Source of the DNA: Octopus vulgaris
Taxonomy: Eukaryota
Length of the DNA stretch: 64,000 bases
Assembly (NCBI GenBank): GCA_951406725.2
Contig: CATOCA020000001.1
Span: 7,068,001-7,132,000, forward strand
Reading direction: 5' to 3'
Shown piece by piece: positions 52,041 to 64,000 of this stretch. Every line of letters starts with the position of its first letter. Positions within the stretch are counted from its first letter, which is position 1. A program made the position numbers and the translations under genes. The notes beneath the pieces were generated by a model. It did no database searches. It saw only the letters and a list, made by a program, of their open reading frames with translations, and was not told where the DNA came from.

Positions 52041-52454
52041 ATGTTTATGTACTTGACTCAAGCACAGCAGGTCATGTGCCACATATATGGGAGAGTCTTG
52101 TAGTTCGCTTGAAGCATTGTGTATTGTTTGTAAAAAAAATAAAGTGTCTTGAATGGTACAACATTGCACTATAATAACAACCATGGACTATAATAACTGT
52201 TATAATTTAATCATCCATAGTCTGATACAACATTTCGAAATATACTTGAAATACGACAACACGCACACTGAATTCTCTCAATATATTGATACATAAAGGT
52301 CGACTTTAATCCTTTTAGGGTCGATAAATTAAGGACCAGTTGGGTACTACACCCTCTCACAAAATTACGGGCCTTGTGCCTAAAATAGAAAAGAAAATAG
52401 GGATACGTAAAGGGAGAGAATTAGACTTTGCTGCTTGGAATATTTCAGGAGGGG

Positions 52455-52505
52455 AAGTACGCATGCGCATTGAAGGTGCTTCTTCCTTGATGTCGATTTC
52501 CGGTT
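52455..52505. promoter_or_regulatory. Candidate promoter with NRF1-like and ETS-like sites
   Basis: TACGCATGCGCA (52458-52469) and TTCCGG (52498-52503) in unique sequence upstream of a zinc-finger exon. Confidence 0.4.
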
Positions 52506-52540
52506 AAATGTCCTTTGAATGAATTTCTTTTAATCAGCTG

Positions 52541-52601
<61 letters not shown>

Positions 52602-52789
52602 GTTTATAATACTTAAAATATGGACTTAAAATGCATTTTTCTACCAACACACACACATATATAAACAACATTATCCTTTACGAGACATTTGCGTAAGTAT
52701 TAAACAATGAAAATATTCAATGTTTTTAAAAAATTTTCGGTTTTTGGCGCGTAATTCTTTGCTCCTCTTCTCTCTTTTATGAATGCAAG

Positions 52790-53095
52790 ATGTCCATGAT
52801 TTGTGCAAGATTTGGCTGCTATTTCTAGCTACTAAAGAGATATGTTTATGATATGTGCGAGATTTGGCTGCTATTTCTAACTATAGAAAAAATATGTCTA
52901 TGATCTGTTCGAGATTTGGCTGCTATTTCTAGTTATGAGAGGAGTAAGATGTCTAAGAATTATGTGGGTTTTGGCTGCTATTTCTAGCTATGGAAGTGAT
53001 CGTATTTGTTCGAGATTTGGCTGCTATTTCTAGCTATGAGAGTGAGACGTCTAAGAATTATGTGGGTTTTGGCTGCTATTTCTAGCTATGGAAGC
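52790..53095 (-). repeat. Six-copy minisatellite built on TTTGGCTGCTATTTCTAGCTA
   Basis: Core recurs about every 45-57 bp. Confidence 0.85.
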
Positions 53096-53242
53096 TGCCT
53101 TCTTCCTTCTCCGTCGTTGCCTCTTTAGGTTGTTGTGTGTTTTAGTTTGAGAAATATTCTCAAATACTTTCCAAAACTGAAATATTTGGAAACCAATTCT
53201 TTATTTTAATTTATCCATTGTTTCTCGCTATTACTATCGGGT

Positions 53243-53432
53243 ACTATTTAAGAAGAATGGTCCCGGTGCGCGCACTCGCTCATCCGCGCCAGCTAGTCGT
53301 GACTAGTCGATCCTTACTCTCTGTTTTTGTCTTTTATTTATTTTGCTAGATAGTCGTTGTAGGATCGACTAGTCACGACTAGCTAGCTCGGATGAGCGAG
53401 TGCGCGCACCGGGACCACTCTTCATAAATAGT
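53243..53432. mobile_element. CpG-rich foldback element or MITE
   Basis: About 72-bp inverted arms (53243-53314 and 53361-53432) with few mismatches. Confidence 0.8.
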
Positions 53433-53813
53433 CCCTTACTTTCGATGTGTGCCCAACCAACTAGTAATTTGTTTCCTCATAACTTTCTGAAATACCTTTT
53501 CAGATGGTGTAGATAAGAATTATGCAGGAATTTGTTGTGTAAAGAAAAGTACAACTGAATGGAGGTTGTGGATAATTTATACACGTCGACTTTATTTCCT
53601 CATACCTGTAGATAGAAAATTATGCTGAAAACTATGGCCCAGTGTTGAAATAGCTCATCCACATTATTCGTTTTGAGGGGGATTTTTAAAAATTATCTTC
53701 ACAACGCATTTGAAAATGATGGGGGTGAGGCCTTTTATGAAAAGTTATAAAAATATGATTTGCACCCGTTTTTAAGCCACCGAACACCATTGCAATTCTT
53801 GGGTATAATAATG

Positions 53814-53981
53814 GGCGATCCTTCGGGATAGGTACCATTAGTACCGGACGTAGCTTTGTTTACATTTCTGAAGATAACAGAAACCCTTTTCTCCCGCCCT
53901 AACCCTAACCATAACCCCCATATATATAAAAAAAAACACACTTTCTTGAAATGTTTCCGATACCTATACCGAAGTTACGCC
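53814..53981. mobile_element. Merlin-like MITE with internal CCCTAA repeats
   Basis: 21-bp imperfect TIRs GGCGATCCTTCGGGATAGGTA and TACCTATACCGAAGTTACGCC; perfect 8-bp TSD TAATAATG. Confidence 0.75.
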
Positions 53982-56900
53982 TAATAATGTACACCGTCGG
54001 TAAAGGATGAATTTTTTTTTGTTCGTATAATAGAATATAAATTCTTATTTGGCAAAATATTTTTAGATGGTGAAAGAGAAAGTATTAAAAGATGAAATAA
54101 TCGACAGAAGAAAAAGGGAATTATTTCACCAACGAAACAAAGGAAACGAAAGAAGTGGGAAAGGATTAACCAGTAGAAGATGGGTGGCGAGGGGTTTAAT
54201 CTTTTATACTTTTAATGTTTTTTCTTCCTTTCCCTAGAAATTCCCCTAAAAATCTGCTGCTAAATATAAATCTATATTCTATGAAAGTAAATTGTCCTTC
54301 AAAAAGTGTATTTTATGATGGAAACCAGAAGTGATGAGAGTAATATACGAATATTTCATGAAACCCGTTTGATATTCGATTGGGCTGTTCCTGTGTGGGT
54401 CTCGGCAACTTGTATAACCCCGTTAAATTGTCAGCGATTCAACCAGTGTTGTTGATGCAAATGATGACAGCATCCATACACAGACTATGGCGATGACGAA
54501 GGAAGGCGATGATGTGGAATTACTCTTTTGATTGATTCAATCACCTGACTGTGGCCATGCTAGAGCACCGCCTTTGAACAAATCGACATCAGGACTTATT
54601 TTTTTAGCCTAGTTCTTATTCTGTTGTTGCCTTTTGACAAACCATTAAGCTACAAAGAACTAAATATAGCAACACTGATTGTCAAGCGGTCACGGGACAC
54701 AAACAAACACGACGGGCATCTTTCAGTTTCTGTCTACCAAATCCCCACCCCACCCCAAAAAAAGCCCTCGGATATTTTTGCGTGGTATCAAGTACCCTGA
54801 CCTCCTAATATGTTGCAAACTTCTTATTTTTGTTCGGAAAAGTGGGGAGGGGGTTCGCCCCCCACCATATCACGGAAACATTGGAATTTTTATTTTCTTA
54901 CTGAAAATGTTGCAAGTGAAAGAATCAAATAATACCGAAGAGATGTTTCATTTGCAGATGAGACTGCGGAAGAGAATTGGATCAAAATTTACCATAACAT
55001 TTTTTCAGATACAAATGAAAGAATAATTTATCTGACACAAACAGAAAATAATTGATGGAAATATACTTCAGCAATTTTCAGCAATTTCATGGCCTTTTTT
55101 GTGTATGTTTTAAAAGAGTTTTTTTACCCCACCCTTTTAAGTGTATAGTACAGAAAAAGAATTTGACTCATGGAAGCATAAAAGTTTTCACAATAAACCG
55201 ATGGTGAAGATGATGATTATGATGTGCAAAACAAGTACCTGCTAAGAAAATCCATTTTTTCATTCTTTTGTGGGTCAGGCAGAGATTTTTCTGCCAGATG
55301 GCCTTCTTCTTGTGAACCCTCACTAGTTTCCAAGCAAGGTAATATTTCCCCATGTCTGCACATATTTTCAGGTTGATGTGCATTGACATGTGTTAAGTGA
55401 TATGAAGACACAAAAACACACAGGACTATCTTCTTTGAGTTTCTGTTTATCAGATCCACTCAGATGGCTTTAGATGCTGCTATTAAAGAAGACACTTGCT
55501 CAAGGTGCTGCTCTGTGGAACTGAACTTGAAATCACATCGTTGGAAATCAAAGTTGTTTTCCTAATTTTCTTGGCTTTTCATTATTCATCAATGTTTATT
55601 CTTGCTTCATCTGTCATAAAAATTGTAGTTCCGGCAGTTCTCCATGTGACAACATGACCTACTAGAAATAACAGCACATTTCTCTTCAATTTCTCCTATG
55701 GGTTACAAATATTGAAGACTGTATTGGATGACATAATTATATATATAGAATGTTAGAGAAATAGACAGGATGTTCATGGATGGAATGTCTATAATCACAT
55801 GTCTGTTCAGTCAGAACTGACCTGGATCTAAACAACAATTTATATTTCTGGAGAAAGACTAATGTTAGTGTCCACCATTCTGTAGTTTTATTTTAAAACC
55901 CTTACACAATGTGAAGGTGTCAGTGGAGTTGAGAAATATAGAAGCTTCACACAAGATTCTATGATGTAAATTTTAATAAATGAAGTTCATCGTCATCTTT
56001 CGACCTCTATACTGGAAGCGATTCGATGGTTTGAGGAGGGCTGTCAAGCTGGGGAGCTGCAGCACACTCCAGTGTGAATTTTTATGGTTCCGAGAGCTAA
56101 ATGCCCTTCCTCGTGCCAACCACCTCACAGTTCACAGGTTGCTTTTATGTGGCACTGCACAGGCAATTTTATGTGCCACCACAGAGTTGCTTTAATGTGG
56201 TGCCACTTTAACATGGCACTGCACATCTGCTTTTATGAAGAAAGGTCACCAGTGTTTTTTGCCACCGGACAGATGAGTCTGAATATTTCTGCTGTGGAGT
56301 ACAGGTCTTCTTGGGTACAGCTGGGTGCCAGGCACCTTTGTCTTTATCATATCACCTGAAACTCTCCCATATCTTCTTGGGTGTCCCACTCCCATCTACT
56401 TTGAGAGATTGGCATTTCTTTATGGAGCTGTTGGCATCCAGCTCAGTTGTTAAGGTAAATGTTTGTTTCTACAGTTTATCTCAGTAGAAATAAATCTGTA
56501 TTTTTTAAGTAGCCTCCACATTTTACACTGCTGTTTCTCTATAATTTCAAAACATCAGATGACAGAAGAAGCTTCATCAATGTCTACCATGTTTTAAAGA
56601 CTAAACGAAAATATACAAAACATGTATAACATCGTTTTTACAAATCTGTGGAAGAATTCCTGTGAAACATTTGCTCTGAAATAATATATTTAGCCAAATT
56701 TCTGAACATTATTGACTGGAATGTCAAGAAGATAAGACTGTGTCATGATTAAAGTTTGATAAATTTATGAAAGGGTTGCTAAACAAAGGTCTCACTGGAC
56801 AGAAATACAGCAGCAGAAGTGTATGTAAGGAACAAAGTATAAAAACGAAAGCAAGGAAAATATATTGACTGGGATTTGAGAGGAAAAGTAAGAGAAAAGA

Positions 56901-57007
56901 GAGAGAAAAAAATTATAGAATAGATTTTTCCCTTAACACCTCATAAAAGAGATGAGTTCATATGACTGAGGTATCTGTACAAATCCTTTTTTCGAAAAAG
57001 TAACCCA

Positions 57008-57304
57008 ATGATGCACAAACATATTCATACGGGAGAGAAACCGTATCATTGTGATATCTGTGGTAAATCATTTTCTCAAAGTAATGACTTAAAGAAACAC
57101 AAACCTATTCATACAGGAGAGAGGAAATATCATTGTGATATCTGTGGTAAACCATTCATTCAACAGAGTGCCGTATCTATACACAAACGTATTCATACGG
57201 GAGAGAGGCAATATCACTGTGATGTATGTGGTAAATCATTCTCTCAAAGTACTGACTTTAAAAGACACAAACATATTCAAACAGGGCAGAAAGGAAAAGG
57301 GTAG
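57008..57304 (+). CDS. Short C2H2 zinc-finger ORF (three fingers, last lacks the second His), possibly a pseudogene
   Basis: [16 protein letters not shown] repeats; the upstream finger is disrupted. Confidence 0.7.
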   Translation: MMHKHIHTGEKPYHCDICGKSFSQSNDLKKHKPIHTGERKYHCDICGKPFIQQSAVSIHKRIHTGERQYHCDVCGKSFSQSTDFKRHKHIQTGQKGKG

Positions 57305-58511
57305 TTTCCATGGTTTCTTGTTTGCTATATTTAATATTCCTGTGTTGTAAATTGTGATGAAAGTATTTCCAAGAATTTTAGATTTTTTCCATTTGTTTAA
57401 GCAGTTTCCTTTCCATGTTCTAAGGGCCTCTATACCAAATCTCCTCCTCCTGACAACCCCACACATTATTCTTTCTTAAATATCGCATCCTGTAATTAAC
57501 AGCATATTTTACTGTTTATTGTATTTTAAATGCTTCCCTCATTAAATACGTTATACAATGACATAAGTTATTAATTATTTTATACTCAGGAATATTGTAA
57601 AGTTGTCAAATATGTACATAAACAATGACCCCCCAAATACAAAACAGAAGGGACCACAAAGGAAGAACATGAGGCATAAGTACAGTTTAGTGGCCCCACA
57701 CTAGACTGATTCCTTGTTAGCTTTTCAATAATGGTTTCTTTAAATTAAACTTTACAGAGATGAGTTTTCAAATGTCCAGATAAAGATTATTTTCATAAAA
57801 TTGATAATAAACATTTTGGAGGAGATTCTTATTCTCAACCCCATCCTGTTTTTGTCAACGCTAACTTCAGAACTTGAGGTAACCTACCAGCCTCTTGACC
57901 AACTATGAATCTGGTGATACACAAGTATTTCTGAGGAGATCAGGCATCGAGGTGGCTCTTGAAGCAGCAGGAGCTGTGGCTGGCTGTGGTAGTCATGGTC
58001 TGCTAGGGTTTGTGGCATGGAAGTTGCAACATCTGTAACAATTGAGGGAGTGTGGTACACAAGTTGGGAAGAAGGCTACAGCGATACTATAAGTATGGTG
58101 GTGGCAATAATTTTTGACAGTGGGGAGCACATCTATATATATGGGGTTGCGTAAAATTATGTGTGCCTGTATATATGTATGTATATCTATATGTATAGAT
58201 TTGAAAGTAATTCCGTACAAATTGTTTATATTTAGGGAATGAAATTTGGATTACTTTGAAAGACGTGCATTTAACTGCAATTTATTTGATGTTATAATGG
58301 TGATATCATAATTTATAAAAAATCATCTCACATGGACAAACATCTATATACGCCACACGTACACATACACACATAATAAATTCAAAATCTGGAAGAAATT
58401 ATTTGTATCAAAAATATCACAGAGGTAAGTTATCTCAAGGCAGTGCTCCAGCATGGCTGCAGTGAATAAAAGTTTTAAACAAAATGAATGCATGAAAGAT
58501 AATACATATAC

Positions 58512-58554
<43 letters not shown>

Positions 58555-58710
58555 AAAAGCGTGGTAACAAGTAGAGAGAGACTGATGGTGATAAAGAGTA
58601 GATCTAAAAGTTAAGTTATTTCTCGTAGATTATATATTTTTTATTATTATTTCCAGATATGACTTCCTCTTTGAGATGATAATTATTTTTGCTTTGTTTT
58701 CCCTATTTAT

Positions 58711-59071
58711 AGGCGCAGGATTGGCTGTGTGGTAAGTAGCTTGCTTACTAACCACATGGTTCTGGGTTCAGTCCCGCTGCATGGCACCGTGGGCAAGTGT
58801 CATCTACTATAGCCTCGGGCCGACCAAAGCCTTGTGAGTGGATTTGGTAGATGGAAACTGAAAGAAGCCCATCGTATATATGTATATATATATATATATA
58901 TATATAGGTGTAGGAGTGGCTGTGTGGTAAGTAGCTTGCTTACCAACCACATGGTTCTGGGTTCAGTCCCACTCCATGGCACCTTGGGCAAGTGTCATCT
59001 ACTATAGCCTCGGGCCGACCAAAGCCTTGTGAGTGGATTTGGTAGATGGAAACTGAAAGAAGCCCATCGTA

Positions 59072-59113
<42 letters not shown>

Positions 59114-59276
59114 TGTAGGAGTGGCTGTGTGGTAAGTAGCTTGCTTACCAACCACATGGTTCTGGGTTCAGTCCCACTGCATGGCACCTTGGGCAAGTGT
59201 CATCTACTATAGCCTCGGGCCGACCAAAGCCTTGTGAGTGGATTTGGTAGATGGAAACTGAAAGAAGCCCATCGTA

Positions 59277-59308
<32 letters not shown>

Positions 59309-59680
59309 GGTGTAGGAGTGGCTGTGTGGTAAGTAGCTTGCTTACCAATCACATGGTTCTGGGTTCAGTCCCACTGCATGGCACCTTGGGCAAGTGTCAT
59401 CTACTATAGCCTCGGGCCGACCAAAGCCTTGTGAGTGGATTTGGTAGATGGAAACTGAAAGAAGCCCATCGTATATATGTATATATATATATATATAGGC
59501 GCAGGATTGGCTGTGTGGTAAGTAGCTTGCTTACCAACCACATGGTTCTGGGTTCAGTTCCTCTTAGTGGCACCTTGGGCAAGTGTCATCTACTATAGCC
59601 TCGGGTCGACCAAAGCCTTGTGAGTGGATTTGGTAGATGGAAACTGAAAGAAGCCCATCGTATATATGTATATATATGTG
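58711..59680 (+). repeat. Tandem array of five tRNA-SINE heads separated by (TA)n
   Basis: Units start near 58711, 58906, 59111, 59308 and 59497; period about 190-205 bp. Confidence 0.95.
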
Positions 59681-60402
59681 TGTTTGTCCACCCAATATCG
59701 CTAGAAAAAATTCACCGAAACAAATTCTGCCCGACCTGTGTGAACAAGGAATGGTGGATGCGAAAATGAGAATGGTAGATTCTCTTTCCTCTGTTTGCAA
59801 AGCCAACTAAGAAGACATTTCTATCCCTTTCCCTTTTATTCTCTCATTATCCACGTTGTGTCCATTTAGGGTAAGGGTTAAGCATAGGATTACTATGCTT
59901 AACCCTCTCTTCTTTTCCACAAGGTCAGCCCTCTCAAATTTCCTCCTGGCTCATGCTTTCATTAAAAGGGTCGACTTACAAGGAAAACATAAATGGCAAC
60001 AAGTCTCACTTCCTATTGCAGCCCCTCTCCGGAATGTACCCATTTCCGTACACTATCTCCATTACACCTACATTCATTTGACTGTCAACCATATGATGGG
60101 TCATGTTAGATGCTGTGCTGACCGCTGCTGCAAAGGAGAGTATATCCACTGACAGGTTTTCAGTATGTCCCAAAAATCATATCTCATACCCGCCACCCCC
60201 AAGTTTTCATGACAAGTTAGGGTCTGGAATACTCCAAACTGATGCATGACATGTCACTGGCTCGAATTAGTCCACAAATGCTTTGTTGTCAATGCTGCAC
60301 TTTTCCGTATCACCTGTTTCAACACACCTGTAATATATATACAGACTACACCACTTTAATCCCAAGCAATGGTGAGTATCTCTACAAGTATATGTATATA
60401 TA

Positions 60403-60461
<59 letters not shown>

Positions 60462-61002
60462 GGATGCTAAGTTGTAACAGTCTCTTGTGAATAAGATTCA
60501 ATGAAATGCCTGAGGAATTATGATATCATACTGTATGATTAGCTCCATATGCAAGCACAGAAATGGTTAAAACTGAAGGATGATAAAGAATAATGCAGAC
60601 AACTATGAGAGCAGTTGCAAATGAATGCAAAATTTCATGTAAATGTACATGGAATATTTGTCTCTTAAATAATCAGTTGGAAGTTGGCCCTGGATGCAAA
60701 TAAATATGAAGAATTAATAAACTAGCATCTAGTTAGTGTCAAAGCAAGACTAATTATGATTGTAAGTCTAACATGTGTTATATTTGACTAATGTGAGTGA
60801 TTATGATGGACATAGATTGTATGTAGATTTCCTACACACACAAATAATCTCCTTCATTGGCTCCCTCATCTCTCTCTCCCTCCCTCTCTCTCTATACACA
60901 TACATATATGTGCATGTGTGAGTATAAATGCACACACACACCTATATAGGGCGAAAGAGGTAAATATACATGTGTATAATGTATGTGTGTGTATAAATAT
61001 AC

Positions 61003-61035
<33 letters not shown>

Positions 61036-62339
61036 CCTATACACACACACTCAGTCATATGTACCTTTATGTATTTGGGGGTGTGGGGGGAATATGGCAT
61101 ACGCACACACACACACACAAACACACACACGTACATAATGTCATATTGATTAGCTGCTAGTGGAACATTTCTGGTGTTATTCCTATGGAATATTTCCTGC
61201 AGTCGATAAATTATCCCCTTCTCTTATCATTTGCTTCATTGTGTGGTCATATTTGCATCTGTGTTCAGGCATTAAAATGAAAGCACAAACCAGTCGAAAG
61301 AATCTTTGCGTTTTGGTTTTTGCATTCTTATTGTTGTTGTTATTGTTCTGCTTATGAGGGGGTAAGGTTTGTTGGTTGGTTGTGTTGTTTATTTTGGAAG
61401 GTTTGGCAAAGGGGTGGGTAGTTGGAACTGATAAGCAACTCTGAATTTTGGATTCAGATTTTTGTTCCAGCCAACTTAATTAACTTATCTCTCTACCCAA
61501 GAAAAAAAGAAGACTGCCTACCTCTTTATCCTTCCGCTTATATACCTACCTGTCTAAATACCTCCTTTCCCTTGGATCTTTTACCTACTCTGCTAAATCA
61601 CAACAAACCAACCAGCCTGCCAGCTTTCCTACCCACTTACCTACCTACCTACTTACCTACCTACCTACCTACCTACCTACATACCTACGCACAGACCTAC
61701 GGACCTACCAAAAAAACAAACTATTCTCCCTCCCTGCCCATCTACCTACTTCTCTAAATAATTAACCCTATGCCAGACTTGCAAGAAATAACTAAATCTT
61801 CCTCAAATCAAACAATCATCTTTTTATTGGCTAATATTGTTCTTAGTAAATTAGTTTTGGGAAAGAAAAAAAGATGGAGTGTTTATGGATGGAATCACTT
61901 TTATTTTGGATCAAGGCTGATCTGAGGTTAGATCCACCACCACCACCACCACGAGGAGGAGAACAGGGCTGTGACCACCACCACCACTGTTACAAGTTCC
62001 ATTTGTAGACTGATGCCTGTGAAGTAACCATAATTAGAAACAATGGTCCAGACAGCTTAGAACAAATGTTTTCGTATGACCAATATGGTTTCCTCTTTTT
62101 CTATTCTGAATATTCTTCAATTCACTCCACTTAATCAACCATAGACACATTATTGCCATCTTGGTAATTGATATACAAGAAAGGATTTTCTACATTGTTA
62201 TTTGACCTACTAGAAATAACAGCTGAATTTCCCTCAAAACCCACTCTACCAATTCTTCAAAACAAACAAGGTCATAGCAGCAAACATATCAAGAGATACA
62301 CTTGGCTTGAAAATAGATCTAAGAAATTGGAAAACTGTA

Positions 62340-62710
62340 TTAGAAGATTGCTTCCCAATCACATGGTTCTGGGTTCAGTCCCATTGCATGACATCTTGGG
62401 CCATTGTCTTCTACTGTAGCCCCAGGCTGAACAAACCTGTCTGAGTGGATTTCGTAAATGTCAACTGAAGGGAGCCCATTATGTGTGTGTGCATGACTTT
62501 CTGTTTCTGTTTGTCTCCCACCATCACTTGGCAACCAATTTTGGTTGTTTACATCCCTGTAACTTAGTGGTTTGGTAAAAGAGACTGATAGAATAGGTAC
62601 AAGGATTTTAAAAAATAAGTACTGAGATCAGTTCATTTGACTAAAAGACTCTTTAGGTAGGTGCTCCAGCATGGCCACAACCTGATGACAGAAATAAGTA
62701 AAAGATAAAA
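62340..62710 (+). mobile_element. Older tRNA-SINE with head and tail
   Basis: CACATGGTTCTGGGTTCAGTCCC ... GTGCTCCAGCATGGCC ... AAGTAAAAGATAAAA. Confidence 0.75.
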
Positions 62711-63129
62711 AATAGTAAAGGGGGAAGAATAGCAGAATTGTTAGAAGATGAGACAAAAAGTGTTGGAGATCTACGTTTTAGGTTCAAATTCTGTCAAAAC
62801 TGACTTTGTTTTTCATCCTATCCAGCTCGATGAAATAATTATCAGTTAAGCACTGAGGTTGATGTAATCAACTGCCTGCTGCTCCCTTAAAGAATTGCAG
62901 ACTTTGTGCCAAAAGTCAAGAGAAATTGTTATTATTATAATATATCTATATCATAAAAGCACCATCCATATGTGGCCGACGCCAGCACCACCTTGACTGG
63001 CTTCCATGCCGGTGGCACGTAAAAAGCACCCACTACACTCACGGAGTGGTTGGTGTCAGGAAGGGCATCCAGCTGTAGAAACACTGCCAGATCAGATTGG
63101 GGCCTGGTGCAGCCTCCTGGCTTCCCAGA

Positions 63130-63930
63130 CTGGTTCCATTGTTGATAAACCTGGACATGGCCAAAAAAGAAATGTGTCAATCCCTCAGTTTATCAAAAAT
63201 ACCAGAGAAATGATACAATGAAGTCCTCATTGTTTTATCAGAAAACTGGCTGTCAGAGCAAAAACAAGCTGGACATTGATGTATTGAGTGCTGAAGGAGG
63301 ATATCTGGACGCATCCCTCCAAGATGATCCACCATCATGAGCTCATGCAAGTTGATAAGGCCATGAGACTGGAGAAAAGTTGTCTTATCCTACATCAGAT
63401 TGCTGAAGGCACACTACTCAACTTGGTGTTCACTGATGAAAAGGAATTTGACATTGATCAGGCAGTAAAGCACCAGAACGACCGACCGACTTTGGAGTGT
63501 GTCCGGCTCCATCGATGGTAGACTTATAAATCAACATCAAAACCCACAGTCAGTTATAGTTGGGTGACTGTGACAGACGATGGAAGGTTTCCTCTTATTT
63601 CTGTGCCCTGAGGTGTTAAAATTAACAACCAGCGATACATTGACAACATTTTAGAAGCTGAACTGCTTCCATGGGTGAATGAGCACTTTTAAGGTGCACC
63701 TTGGAGCCCCCAACAGGACTCAGCACCATCCCACAGCTCCAAACAAACACAACACTGAATTCAGAAGAATATTCTGTTGTCACAGGCAAGGATGTATGGC
63801 TTGCAAGAAGCCCTGATCTCAAACTGGATTTTTCTGTTTGGTCCATTTTGGAAACAAGAGTATTGCGCATTCCTCATACTTCACTCAACACTCTGAAGGC
63901 AAAACTGCACCAGAAATGAGTTTCAATTCC
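63130..63930 (+). mobile_element. Decayed Tc1/mariner transposase
   Basis: NLVFTDEKEFDI...HQNDR and WLARSPDLKLDFSVWSILE motifs. Confidence 0.8.
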
Positions 63931-64000
63931 TATATATATACCTTTTATCTTTTACCTTAGTCCTTTGACTGCAGCTATGCTGGGGCACAGCCTTGAAGAA

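Noticed and set aside
54455-54550. Box C/D snoRNA-like ATGATGA...CTGA
   Set aside because: The CTGA belongs to the adjacent SINE and there is no terminal stem.
58711-58790. tRNA gene
   Set aside because: tRNA-derived SINE head; lacks a proper acceptor stem and continues into the SINE body.

Overview
Repeat-rich eukaryotic DNA, very probably from an octopus (inferred from the tRNA-derived SINE families, RTE LINEs, [16 protein letters not shown] zinc fingers and (TA)n-rich background). The only clear host gene is the last three coding exons of Golgi alpha-mannosidase II (6888-10628, +). The rest is RTE, CR1 and HERO LINEs, Gypsy fragments, Tc1/mariner relics, SINEs, MITEs, two decayed C2H2 zinc-finger loci, two interstitial TTAGGG arrays and a 4.7 kb 76-bp satellite. 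The most notable signal is a set of type I hammerhead ribozymes (five with an intact CTGANGA core, three decayed) in short non-coding elements with Penelope-like or retrozyme architecture. These mostly sit in microsatellites, one is fused to a tRNA-derived Pol III head, and fragments of several Penelope-like RT and GIY-YIG lineages lie nearby. A Merlin-type MITE carrying a telomeric repeat seed and a templated patch between two inverted RTE copies also stand out. All family assignments were made by eye from motifs; no database search was run.
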